A stretch of DNA of 62,123 nucleotides, filler included, from Globobulimina sp. (GCA_003354225.1; 13 parts of 13 records of this genome joined end to end with filler, not necessarily neighbours in it), one strand, 5' to 3'; counted from the first letter of the whole stretch, positions 35,549 through 48,650 are shown. The notes: generated by a model from the sequence alone, not told the origin. Made by a program: numbers and translations.

Positions 35549-36823
35549 ATGAATGATGACAACAAAGACTCCGACGACTCACCGTCTGACAAACCTAAAT
35601 CCAAACGCAAAATTGAAAAAATACGTGCACAAAACATACACGCACGTCAGAAAACAATGTACGACATATCACCCAAACAGCAAAAAGAAATGGCCCAAGA
35701 TATGTTTGCTCAAATGAAACAACTCAAAGCCGACAACGAAGCAATGGGATACCATGGCTATAGCACTGATTACTTACAGCGGCATCACTCAGTCCACTCC
35801 ATAACCTCTGCCGGCAGCCTCGACACCGAAACTGAAACCGACATCGATACGCCACTCGCTCATCCAACGTCAAAATATCACCACATCCCTGCCTTAACCG
35901 TCCAATCCAGCAATGATGCCACCGACAACCCTTTCAAACAAATGCTTGCCACCATGCAACCTCACACTGCCCATAGCCATAAATCCAGCGTAATCTTATC
36001 AGAAACGCAAGGCTTAAAACACAAACTGGAAATCATCTCCAGTTCCATTAATAAAATACGGCAAGATTTGCATAACAATGAGTATAAAAACAATGACCAG
36101 CAGCAATTGAATCAGTTAATAATGTCGTTCCAGAACCAATTGACCCACATTCAGGACCAGATAGAAGACGCAGAGAACGACATTGAGTCTCATATCGATG
36201 TCAAGTTTATCAAATATATGGAAGACATTAAATTGAACAAACAGAAGATAAAAAACATGAAAAAAGAGAAGAAAGATAAGGAGAAACAGCAGCAAATGAA
36301 TAAGGAAAAGGAGCAGCAGCGGATTATAGAGATACAACGGCTGCAAATTGAAAAGTTGATAGCCCAATCTCAAGGACTTGATGCCTCGCCGCAGCCGCAG
36401 CCGTTGCCGTTGCCTGCGCAGAATGTGAACCGTAGGAATAAATTGCGACCGCGGAGGCAAAGCCTGCATAGTATTGCCACTGTGCCCGTGCCATTGCATG
36501 AGGAGGAGTTTGTGTATGGCGATGAGTCTGAGGATGTTTATTCTTTCGATGAAATGGAGTATCTGAACCCAAATGTGTTTATTCCCGGTGGCGGCAGACC
36601 GGTGAATCAGAGCCCTATGGAAGGTACGTATCAGTCACAGGGATATGTGCAGCAGCAAAGTCGTGGAGCTACTTTGTTGAGCGATAATGCGATTAAAATT
36701 GTTGGCGGAGTGGTGATTGTATTGGCTGGCTTGTATGTCATTGGCAGGTATTTGAGTAACCGGTCGCAGAGGAATATGGCGCCGGGGCCGGGAGTGAGGA
36801 GAGCGAGAATGAAATATAGTTAA
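35549..36823 (+). CDS. Coiled-coil protein with a C-terminal membrane anchor, function unknown
   Basis: 424-aa ORF; central heptads; TM IVGGVVIVLAGLYVIG followed by a basic tail. Confidence 0.7.
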   Translation: MNDDNKDSDDSPSDKPKSKRKIEKIRAQNIHARQKTMYDISPKQQKEMAQDMFAQMKQLKADNEAMGYHGYSTDYLQRHHSVHSITSAGSLDTETETDIDTPLAHPTSKYHHIPALTVQSSNDATDNPFKQMLATMQPHTAHSHKSSVILSETQGLKHKLEIISSSINKIRQDLHNNEYKNNDQQQLNQLIMSFQNQLTHIQDQIEDAENDIESHIDVKFIKYMEDIKLNKQKIKNMKKEKKDKEKQQQMNKEKEQQRIIEIQRLQIEKLIAQSQGLDASPQPQPLPLPAQNVNRRNKLRPRRQSLHSIATVPVPLHEEEFVYGDESEDVYSFDEMEYLNPNVFIPGGGRPVNQSPMEGTYQSQGYVQQQSRGATLLSDNAIKIVGGVVIVLAGLYVIGRYLSNRSQRNMAPGPGVRRARMKYS

Positions 36824-37201
36824 TGGACTGTTACATTACTAGTGTTTATGCGAGTAGTATTTATATATATTTTTTATTTCTTTTTTCGGTGTGGTTTTTG
36901 TGTATTGCATTGGTAACTTGTTATCTGATTTGAAGTGTTTTAAATTTAAAATTCTGTTAAATTCATTTCAAGTTTAATTTTCGAAGATGTGTATGAGAGT
37001 GCTATCTGAATATGTAATTATAAAAACAGAACTATCTCCTTGCGCATATATCTGGTGGGTATCTTTTGCATGTATGGCCAAAATACTTCCAATTTATATA
37101 TTAAATTGAAATATACACAATCAAAAAATCACACAAGCACAACATACACGCAAATCAAAATCACAAGCACAACATGCACATATAAAAATTGAAAGAAATA
37201 T

Positions 37202-38124
37202 TCATATATTTTCTGCTATCGTTGTTGTTGTTATTACACCAAATGCTATAGTTTTCTCCGTGTTTATTCGTATATCATCCTGTCGCATTTCAATAGCTTT
37301 GTTATATTTCCAAATTGTAATAAATATAAATATTAATAATGATAGTATCATAAAAGCAAATACAAGAACTCCACCATATGTGCCAATATTTATCAATGTA
37401 AAAAATAGTAATGCACCGCAAAACGATCCAACATGAGTAGAACGTCCAATTATCTCCATAATCTCACTCAACATTTTCTGCGCAGTTTCAGAGTTCATTG
37501 ACTCTGCTTTCTGTATATATTAAATAAAAACGACAGCTGCAGTATAACGAATACAACAACAAAAATAGAAAAACATACCGTCATAAACGACTGTTTGACA
37601 AAACAATATATGCACGTTTTACATATATCCAACAAACATTCAGAGAACACAGATACAATAACAATCACCACAGAAAATAATATTTTTGATGATTTGTTAT
37701 CACCATTTTGCAAACCAAATGGAAATGGACTCTGAGATGAAATTAAAAGTATATATATTGCACCAATAAACCATCCAAAACTGGATAATAAAATAAATTG
37801 TTTTGTAACTAATATTTTGATGAAATAACCAGGTAATAAACAAGCAATTGGTGGCAAAATATTTGACATTGTATACGAATAAATGTATATATGATCACCA
37901 TATGGCAATAATGCATATGATAATAATGCAGGAATCATTCCATTTTGTACGAAATTTAAGACTGTCATTATTATTATGTATGGCCAATATGTATACAAAT
38001 CCATACCAAAGTTATCTGGTTTATTTTCTGTAGTTTTTTGTGTTTTATCTGTGTCATTTTGTTTTTGGTTACTATCAAAATAGCCATTTTTTAGATATTT
38101 ATTTAATATAAAATATGCAATATG
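37202..38124 (-). CDS. SLC52/GPR172 riboflavin-transporter-like protein, C-terminal half only
   Basis: NFVQNGMIPALLSYALLPYG (cf. NGVLPSVQSYSCLPYG), SQSPFP, THVGSFCGALLFF (cf. TQVGSxxGA). Intron 37511-37578. In-frame TGA just upstream. Confidence 0.7.
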
Positions 38125-38380
38125 TCATATTTCCAAGCCTGTGTCGGAGATCTGGTTATTTTGAGTTTGATTGTTTGTTAATTAAATGTGAAGTGGAAAA
38201 CTTACTGTGTTTGAAACNNNNNNNNNNNNNNNNNNNNNNNNNNNNNNNNNNNNNNNNNNNNTTAATTAATTAANNNNNNNNNNNNNNNNNNNNNNNNNNN
38301 NNNNNNNNNNNNNNNNNTAAATATTACATGCATTACTTGAAACAACGGCTTTTGTACAGTGCAAGGATATAACAGTGCCT

Positions 38381-39982
38381 ATGAGCATGGCATTTTCTTT
38401 CCCAACAGTCATTCTCATGATCATAGTATTCAATATTTGCTCATGCCGTGACGAAATATCAGAATTGCAAGTTAAACCGGATGGAACTGTAACGGTAACC
38501 TCACAACATCCAGAATTAGCAATAACAGAAACATTCGAAGTGGTATTTGAAAACAAGTCAGGATACGATTGTATGTTATATTGGCTCAATGTAAGAACAA
38601 GTGAGCATGTACAACAAGCTGAGATGCTGTTTCCTTCATTTAGTACTATTAATACATTCCCAGGACACGTGTTCCTTTTTACATTGAAATCAAATCCATC
38701 CGAAGTGCTATATAGAACAACTATGTCGCCCTACATTAATGTTGTTACATTATTGCCTAAAGAGAGAATGAAGGATATGGACGAAAGTGCTAAACATGCA
38801 TTCTTTCGAAATTATTATTTGCAAACTGGAATGCATTGGAAAAATTACTATCCCAGAGATCCATTAATATATTCATTCCCAAATTATATACAACATATCG
38901 GAGATATTATTACTCGGTATTCGAATCATACAAAATATCATCGAATGACAGCTGATATTGATATAGAAACTGTATTAATATCCAATAATGACACATTCAG
39001 AGTATATAATTGCATTTATATTCTATGATCATCATCGTTTTCCACTTTCTGATTGTAGGTAACATATAAATGCAATTACACCAAAAGGAACAATTAAAGC
39101 AACATAAAGCATCCACACAATGCGATAATTATAATACACTCCAATTATCAGAGATTGATCATCATGAATTTGAGCAACAGGACCACTATGTATTGACATA
39201 TAATCACTCGGAGTTTTATAGAGAGAAAACAGATACAATTGGTTACAAACTGGAGGTCTTATGTACCAAACCGATAGCTATTCGGATATTTGATTTTCTG
39301 AGTGATAGTGAGTGTGACCATATAATCGGTTTAGGTCTACATTCGTCAATGCTGAGATCAACCGTTGGAGAAACACAGTTAACCAATTTAGCACGGACAA
39401 GTTCGCAAGTTTGGGTAAAGCGCGACCTGTCAGGCATTGTAAATAATGTTATAAATAGGATTGGTGATATGGTAGATATTGATGGTTCTGTATTACATTC
39501 AAATTTAAGTTCAGAGGATTTGCAGTTAGTGCATTATAATGAAGGTGAATATTATAAACAGCATTATGACTATGGAACTGATTCAGAGAATAATCGATAT
39601 ATCACAGTTCTTATGTATTTGAATAATGTCGAGTTTGGTGGTAATACATCATTTCCCGAGGCTCACAGCGAGTGTCTGGACCACAACGGTTACTTTGGAG
39701 TGCATCCAGTCAAAGGGAGTGTGTTTTTCTTTTATAATATGTTGGAGGATGCGAATGTTGATACTTTTTCTTTGCATGAGGCAGAACCGCCACTTAATGG
39801 CAGTCATAAATGGATGACTAATTTGGTATGTTTGTGTTTATGTATTGACCAGATGTGAAATATTATATATTTATTTGGAATGTGTGATGTTTGTGTTTTC
39901 TCAGTGGATCTGGGATCCCTATTTTCATCACCAATTCAGTGGATATGGCAATCCGGAGGAGATATTGTCTGCGCAAGTTTGA
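38381..39982 (+). CDS. Secretory-pathway prolyl 4-hydroxylase (2OG-Fe(II)) with an N-terminal VHL-beta-like domain
   Basis: Signal peptide; VVFENKSG...LYWLN...INTFPGHVFLF; DFLSDSECDHII, RTSSQVW, EDLQLVHY..GEYYKQHYD, TVLMYLN.VE.GGNTSFP, SLHEAEP, KWMTNLW. Last intron 39826-39904. The first intron (donor 39002) has an uncertain acceptor, possibly 39087. Confidence 0.85.
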
Positions 39983-40059
39983 GCAACATTTACTTTAAAC
40001 ACTCTGTTTTTTTGTTTTTTTTTATTAATATTCTTGAAGTTTCTGCTCAATGTCGTCTT

Positions 40060-43002
40060 ATGAACAAACTAAACAATGTAACGGCTACCAAATTATTGAA
40101 AAGTCTTTATTCAAAATCAGATAAGAATTATTCTGTGGATTCAGACCAAATTATATTTAATGCTTTGAAAATATACAATAACATTTATCAACCAAAAAAT
40201 CATTTTGTGGTCAATACATTTCTCAAAGTATTATTACATGCGAATAAAACAGAAAAAGTACTTCTAATTTGGAATGATATTGAGAACATACATAATATTT
40301 CATATTCATTGTTATTAAAATGTTGCATGAAAATGGAAATGAAGCAGTTTGATCTAAATAAATGCATTCAAACATTGAAATGGATTAAAAACAGTGATAT
40401 CGCATTCAACAAGTTCGAATTAACAGATTATTCAATCAGTTGCACAAAACTTATCTACAAATGCCAAAACATTCAACAATTAAAGAGCGTGCATGCTTTA
40501 ATTGATGCCACATATTGTGATGTCTTCATTAAATCTGCATTGATCAACAGCTATGGAAAATTGCCAAATAATATTGAATCTGTATTAAATGTCTTTGATT
40601 CCATTTGTGAGTCTGATAAAGATGCAGTTATTATTGGCGGAATGATGAAAGCTTTAATTAATAATAATTTGAACGAAAAAGCCATTGCATTGTATGATAA
40701 TTATACGGAATTAACCAATGATATGGCCCATATGTTGGCGGTTAGGGCTTGTATAAAGACTCAAAATTTGCAAAAAGGAAAAAGAATTCATCAAAGTATA
40801 TCGCACCAAAGCCATACAATCCAAATGTCAAATACATTGATTGATTTCTATGGCACATCTGGCGATATTAATGATGCAGTGAATGTTTTTAATTTAATTG
40901 AGAACAGCAAAAAGGACATAGTTTCTGTCAGTACGTTGATGAAAGCATATATGAATTATAACGACAATGTAAATGCATTAATACTGTATGACACATATCC
41001 TATATTAAGCAATGATGTTTGTCATGGTATGGCCATCAAAGCATGTACAAAGTTAAAGGATTATGAACGAGGAAAGCAAATACATTCCAATTTGCAAAAT
41101 ACAGGGAAACCACATAGCATTCAATTAGCAAACGCATTGATTGATTTTTATGGCAATTTTGGTGTTATTGAGTGTGCGCAGAGTTTGTTTAATTCAATCG
41201 ATGAGAATGAAAAAGATTCAATAACTTTGAATACAATGATGACCGCATTAAATTCGGCACATTTGGGCAACCAAGCATTGCTTTTGTATGATACATATAA
41301 AAGATTAAATGATAATACTTCAAAGATGTTGGCAATCAAAGCGTGTATAAATAGTGAAAATGTTGAAAAAGGTTTGCAAATAATCAGTGGAATTGATTAC
41401 TTGCAATTGAATAATGATGACTTGGAATTACAAAGTATTTTAATTGATTTTTATGGCCGGATACAGGATATTAGCAAAGCATGGCAGCTCTTTAATTCTC
41501 TGACTCATAACCCGACCAATGGAGCCTTACAAAATATTGTGGCTATCAATGCAATGTTGAAAGCATTAATCAATACAGGAAATAGCTTAGAAGCGCTACA
41601 GATGTACAATAAATACGAGATGATACCAGATCAATTAGATGAGGTTTCGCATCTGACAGCCATTAAAGCCTGCATTAATGAGAATAATTTCGAGAAAGGA
41701 GACGCTATTTACAAAAAAATTGAGCAGTTGAGTCAAAAAAATATATTCCTTCAAACTGCGTTCATTGATTTCTATGGCTATTTTGGCGACATTTGGAAAT
41801 CAGAAGAAGTATTTTATTCAATCAATAGGGAGCATATGAATGTTGTATGCATCAATGCACTGTTAAAAGCTTATGAGAAAAATAATCAATCTGTGAAATT
41901 ACTCGAGTTGTATGATGCTAATAAGTTATTACAGGATGATATATCGAATTTGCTAGCGTTGAAAGCATGCATTAATGAAAATAATTTTGAGAAAGGTGAA
42001 TTAATTCACACTGACATAAAAAACAAAAATGTTGCTGTAAGTGTAGAACTAGAAAATATATTAATTGAATTTTATGGTCATTTTGGTTATATTTCTGATG
42101 CAATAAATGTATTTAATTTGATTGCTGAGAGCAAAAAAGATATAATAAGTATTAATACAATGATGACAGTGTATTTAGAGAATGACCAACCTGATGATGT
42201 TTTGTTACTTTCTGATAATTGCAAATTAATAAAGGATGATATAACATACCTACTGGCGCTCAAATCGTGTATTAAGTCAATTCAATTTGATAAAGGAAAG
42301 GAAATCCATTCACAGATACCATGGACAGAGGATATGTATTCAATTACTCTGAAAAATACCTTAATTGATTTTTACGGGCATTTTTTCGATATTGATACTG
42401 CATTAAATATATATAGTAATATAAAAGATAATCAACGGACCATTGTAACTGTTGGAGCTATGTTGGAATCATATTGTAATTGTAAGATGAATATGGAATG
42501 CATTGAGATGTTCCACAGCATTGAAAATATAAATAACTTGAGACCAAATAATATATGCTATGCGATTGTATTTAAAGCCTGTACACAATCGACAGCATTT
42601 CATGTTGGAGTTGAAATACATAACAAATTAAAAAACGATGTTGATAATAATTGGATGCTCAATGATCCATTTATTCAAACCAATTTAATTGATATGTATG
42701 CAAAATGTGGATCATTAATCACTTCAGAAATAATGTTCAATGAAATAAAAAATAAAAATGAAGGCATTTTGGATATTTCTGTCTGGAGAGCAATGATTAA
42801 AGCTTACGCGCGAAATGGTGATATTATGAATGCCAAAAACATTTTTAATGAAATGAAGAATTCGAATGATGTTATTCCAGATAAAAAAACATACACTTTA
42901 TTATTAAATGCATGTAACCATTGTGGAGCAATTGATGATGCAATAAATGTTTGGCAAAATGAAATAAATGACGAAAATATCAAATATGATTCATATATAA
43001 TC
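40060..43002 (+). CDS. PLS-class-like pentatricopeptide repeat (PPR) protein, 3' truncated
   Basis: Eight ~100-aa triplet units marked by LIDFYG-like motifs, ending LIDMYAKCG...WRAMIKAYARNG...PDKKTYTLLLNACNHCG. Confidence 0.9.
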
Positions 43003-43608
43003 NNNNNNNNNNNNNNNNNNNNNNNNNNNNNNNNNNNNNNNNNNNNTTAATTAATTAANNNNNNNNNNNNNNNNNNNNNNNNNNNNNNNNNNNNNNNNNN
43101 NNAATTTCTTTCGCTAAAAACATTTGATAATAATTCATTGTAAAAACAAAAATATACAGAATCAAAGCAAGCTGCAGAAAGAGGAAGAATACAAACGGAA
43201 AGCAAAAATATTCCCGCAGTTTAATGAAATATTTTTTTTTTTCTTTATAATTTTAATTCAATATACATTGAGACCTCTTTATGATTATTAATATTTGACC
43301 TCTTTATGATTATTACATCACATACACACTATCAACCTGACACTTTTCCTCATATTTTTTGACGGTAAATTAATATTGTTGACGTTGAAGAACATAGTGG
43401 TTCTAAATCCACACTATTTGGTCTGCACCAATCAGATCGCATTATGAAGCGCAGTAATAAAAGTGCGTTTGTTCGGTGCGACCGGCCATCAACGCTACGA
43501 TGATTGACATTTTGTGAACACGCAAAAACTGTTGAACCATGCTAGTTACTTTAAACGATCACTACCATCTCAAACCCAGCCAAATCATCGCCAACTAAAT
43601 CATACAGA

Positions 43609-46600
43609 ATGAATGAAAAATGGTTAAAAATGCCAGTCGATTACAATTCATTATCATTCACAGATTTTAAAGGATTAATCAAAAAACAACGCCAATTGTC
43701 TCGATCCCCAAATGACCCCAACTCACTTAGTGACAACACATTACTTTCCAAATTCAAACAGTTAGTGGGCACAAAGCAACAGCAATATACCAATATGCAG
43801 AGACTATCCACACTCTACGAAAACGAGAAGAAACCCGCCAACACAGAGCCCGATGATCATGACCTGGACCATTCATTTGACACTGAATCCATGGTGTCAT
43901 CAAAAATGGAAAATAACAAACCGTCACAAGACTACATTCGCAGGTTTTGGATGAGCGACAAAAATTCGAGCCAATGTAGTGAGTGCGGTGTCACTTTCCA
44001 TACATTCAGACGCAAACATCACTGCAGGTAAACCATATATATCTATATATCTCTTCGTGTTATCTCTGACATTGCAGATTATGCGGGCGCGTATTTTGCC
44101 AAACCTGCTGTTCGGAACGCATCAATATAAATAAATTCAAAAAGCTGAAAAATCAGTACATGACAAAGCCAAACAATGACGAAGAGAAGCAAGAGATATC
44201 CGGCTTGATGCGAGTGTGCGTTTGCTGTGGCCCCAAATTCAAACACAAAACAAACGATCCATTGTTAGGCATTGCAGTCACTTACAACTACCCAAACAAT
44301 GCCAATATGAACGAGTATGAGGATGAGTGCGTAAACAACATTTACGACATACACATTAAGTATGTCATAAAACAGCTATGTCGCATGGAAAAGTTAAGCG
44401 AAGCCTGGGAGCAATTAATATATGTCTTTTCTAAGCGAGCCAACGACACAGTTTTCCATTCGAGCATGCACCACATCAAAATGAATGAGTTCATTGACAT
44501 TCGACATTACATAAAAGTGAAACGCATCCAAGGTGGCGCTATCTCTGACTGTATGTTTGTGGATGGCGTGATATTTCGCCAGAATGTCGCTCATCGAAAG
44601 ATGAGGGCAGATATCATGAATCCCAACATTTTGCTCTTGGACCAAGCCATTGAATATCATCGAATGTATAGCAAGCTCCATTCATTTGACATTTTGCTGA
44701 AACAGAACCAAGAATATATGCGAATGATCGTGAATAAAATAGTAGATTTAGGGCCAGATATTGTGATTGACAGCAACCAATGTTCGAGGTTGGCGATCAA
44801 GGAAATGTTGCTGGAGAATATAACTTTAATCTGCAATGTGAAATATTCCACGCTGAAGCGGATAGCGCATGCTATACAAGCTCCCATTATCGGAAGCATC
44901 GACCATTTGAATCAGCTGGAAAGCAGATACGCGTTGGGGCACTGTGGCAGGTTTTACATCAAATATTATAATTGCGACCCGAATGGTAGCCAGGGTCGAA
45001 GGACACCGTTGCTATTTTTTGACAAATGTACCGCAAATCGACATTCTAGCATATTGCTGCGAGGCGACGAGAAGAGCATTTTAGCCAAAGTTAAGAATGT
45101 CATTCGGTTGGCAATGCACACATTGTACCACCTAAAGTTAGAGAAATCGTTTCTGAATAACTTGCATTTAACAATGAATACTGTCAATGCTTATAAACAA
45201 ATACAAACTGACAATGAGCCGCATTTATTCCTGTCAACCTCGCCATTTATTAGCCATTCAGGCTGGAGACGACAAGATGTCATATCTGCATTGAAGAGAT
45301 TTGAAGCAAACAAAGATTTGAAACATCCACATTTGCAGCAGTATCCATATAATCATCATGGTTTCTGTGACAATGTGAATGAAGTGGCAACGATATGGGA
45401 CCCATTCTTACCCAATACAGACAATGTATGGCTGTGTCAAACCTTATTAGTGAATCATTGTCGTGTCGTCAATCAGCAACAATGTTTCCCTCCAAAATTG
45501 AAATTAATTGATTTTTATACTGATTTGGATGTTTCGTTGGGACATTATTTGCATCGCTTATTTCGTTGTGAAGCCTGTCCCAATGCACGCTGTAAAGAGC
45601 TATTAGCTTCGCATTTATTGACATATTCACACTTTAACAAAACCGTTACAGTGCGATTCAAGCCGTTAATGTATGAAATGGACGAGCCCGTCGACTATAA
45701 CACAATCAATCAAATTGTAATGTGGACGCAATGCCAAAAATGCAAAATGACACAATCTCAGAAAAGAATCATGGATCATGGCGCATTTTACCTGTCGTTT
45801 GGTAAGTTTTTAGAGATGGAATTTTATAGCAATCCGCGTGCAATGTCCATAAACTCGTCGTGCAAACATGGTATATTTGATGAAGATGTTGTACAATGCT
45901 TTGGTTTTAACGATATGGAAATACAAATTTCATCCCTGACCTGCGAGCCATTCAATATATTGACATCGTCGCATATTAAAACAAATTGGTCCCTGCAATT
46001 TAAATATTACATCAACGAGCTGGCAATTTTAGAATTAGTGAGCAAATATGCATTTGCTGCATTTCTGGCGAAAATTGACGAATTGATTGGTTTGATGAAC
46101 TATGACATCATAACCAAAGATTTACGCAAACTGCGGCAAGAAATCAACGATGAATGCGAGACAATGCACAAACAATTTATTGAGCACAGAGACTGCTTCG
46201 AGCAGCATTTTCAAACTAATAGCAATCCAAAAACTATTTCCTTTCTCAACAAAAAACGATATCATTTATATCGTATATCCTGTGAATGGAATGAAGTGTT
46301 GGATGGTTTGCGTGGATTATTTGCGCCATTGAACGAAGCAAATGTGGATAATACTAATCGATGGATGAAGAAATTCAAAGCTCCATGGAAAGGATTAACC
46401 GCAACCATCAAAGAAAGGAAACTCACCATCAATATACCCGTATCGCCACATGTACAAAATAGGACAAATACCGGTGATGAGAATGACGAATTATTAGAGG
46501 CTGCGTTGCAAGAAATTGATGATAAAATTGCCAATGTGCATGTTGCAGCTGCTTCAAGTAAAACATGTACACCTTCGATTAAGACAGACTCAGAGAGTCC

Positions 46601-47785
46601 TCCTTCGATGAGCAATATAAATGCATTGGCATTGAATTTTCACAATTTGAGAGAAAGAAATTCCAATTTTGGAGAGATGGTGAAAGGAATATCACCGCGG
46701 GTACAAAATGTTTCATTTATGGTGGATTTCAATGCCATGTTTGCCGAACACGTAGCACAAAACAAATCGGATCAGAAACTGACTGCGTTGAAAATACCAC
46801 CACCAGCACCAAAAACAGATGTTTTTGAAGAGAAAAAGTATGAAAGATATGAGGAGATATCACCATCGATATCCATATCCATGGCAGACGGAGGAGTCGT
46901 AAGTCCGCCTCATGCATATCGTTCGTTTGCATTTACGACAAAGCATGATAAAAATCGTAAAATGAGCATGCCCAGAATGGAGAGAATGATTTCTGCAAAT
47001 TCTTACTTATCAATGTCGCCACGGACAGCGATGCCGATACCAAATGGAGTGCATAATGTATCGAATTCGAATGATGTCTATATATCAAACAACAAAATAT
47101 CAATGACATTATTTCCGAGCTCGAGTGCTGATGATAAGACTGTGCATATCCCTGATATTTCAAGTATACGTATTCCAAATCCAACATTGAATGATGTGGA
47201 TATGCTGCGACTGCGGCAGGAAAGCTTATTTCTGGTGGCCGCGTGCACTGAGAATAGTACAGACATCGGCAGTAACCCAAAATATGCACATTTAAACCTC
47301 GCAAAATGTTTTAATAACCAAGTTATTCCGATATATATTGATGAACCATCGGCAATCATCGCATATACATTATCCTCATTGGAATATCATTGCTTTATTA
47401 ATAATATCCCCACAGAAAAGGTGAGAGCGTGTCGCGAAAGATGCGATCCGTCGGTCAATGAGCTGGAAAAAATGGTGCAGCAAAGACTGCAGAAACGGAG
47501 AGAAAAAATCAAAATTGAAATGTTGCAGCATTTACAGTCCGTTGATTCCATTGATTCCAATTCAGCGCTATCCGTGGATGAGACGTTAGATTTAAATGAT
47601 TTATTACACCATATACCAAAACTAAAACATATGTCAAAAATGAAATATTTGAATGAAAAAAAAGAATATGAGTTACAATTAAAAAAGCATGGCATGAAAG
47701 CATTCAATTTCAAATCATCCAAATCCTCAAAAAATGACAATAATTTGCAGCTGGATATGCATGATCATGACATTGATGATATTGA
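43609..47785 (+). CDS. FAB1: PIKfyve/Fab1 phosphatidylinositol-3-phosphate 5-kinase (kinase domain beyond the contig end)
   Basis: FYVE (WMSD...C..C...F..FRRKHHCRLCGRVFC, intron 44028-44077), CCT-like domain (YIKVKRIQGG...VDGVIF..NVAHRKM), Cys-rich region (DFY..LDVSLGHYL, LSFGKFLE), IPIYIDEPSAIIAYTLSS. Confidence 0.93.
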
Positions 47786-47885
47786 NNNNNNNNNNNNNNN
47801 NNNNNNNNNNNNNNNNNNNNNNNNNNNNNTTAATTAATTAANNNNNNNNNNNNNNNNNNNNNNNNNNNNNNNNNNNNNNNNNNNN

Positions 47886-48650
47886 GGTGGAGTTGCCACT
47901 AGATCTGGCGGTTATGCTAATTCATTTAAATGGGAGCAGAAATATGATGCGTTTCCTATGTTAAATTCAATCCGAAACATTGCAAATAGCTCACATTGTG
48001 TTACCTTTACACAAATAGCAGGTAAATATTATTGTTGTCAGTTCCATATATATTCAAAACCACTGACAAGTGCAGTGATAAAGCTGTTAGGTTGTAATCC
48101 TCGGAGAAAAACATTTGATTTGAAATATTTGCCATCATTGATTCGTGGAATTGTTGATGGTGATGGATGTTGGGCAATAAATCAATACAATGGCGGACAA
48201 ATGTGGTTGCAAATAACATCCGCCAATCAAATATTTTTAGAATGTATCAAGAGTATGATCAACAAGTATTGTCTCCACACAGTTGAAAATAGAGGAACAG
48301 TATCACGTCGTCGAAATTCTGGTTCACATATAAATTATTGTTATGATTTAAAATATTTTAATAGTATGGAATTGAAAACAATCGGTGAATGGTTGTATGA
48401 ACCTGAACATATTAATAATGGTATGTATTTACACAAAAAATATTCAAGATTTTTGTTGTTGCAGCGATTGTTTAAGCATCGGGGATATATGAAACCAGCT
48501 GATAGAGAACCAATAATGCAGCAATTTATGCGAAATGAAGCTGAAGAAGAACTTCAAACATTACGTTCACTGATATTGATGAGTAAAAATAAAATTATGA
48601 CACCTGAGCATTTCAGATTCGCCCCTTCATTTCATAAAGCTGTTGCATAG
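47886..48650 (+). CDS. LAGLIDADG (DOD) homing-endonuclease-like protein, 5' truncated
   Basis: LGCNPRRKT...LPSLIRGIVDGDGC...LQITSANQIFLECIK...YDLKY...IGEWLY...YLHKKY. The frame is open from the contig start (GGVATRSGG...). Confidence 0.8.
   Translation, partial: GGVATRSGGYANSFKWEQKYDAFPMLNSIRNIANSSHCVTFTQIAGKYYCCQFHIYSKPLTSAVIKLLGCNPRRKTFDLKYLPSLIRGIVDGDGCWAINQYNGGQMWLQITSANQIFLECIKSMINKYCLHTVENRGTVSRRRNSGSHINYCYDLKYFNSMELKTIGEWLYEPEHINNGMYLHKKYSRFLLLQRLFKHRGYMKPADREPIMQQFMRNEAEEELQTLRSLILMSKNKIMTPEHFRFAPSFHKAVA

Noticed and set aside
39880-40059. N-terminal 60 aa of the 1056-aa PPR ORF
   Set aside because: It overlaps the last intron and exon of the P4H gene. ATG 40060 is the more plausible start.
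47886-48650. Intein
   Set aside because: No C-terminal splicing motif or downstream extein; the ORF ends in a stop after a helical tail.
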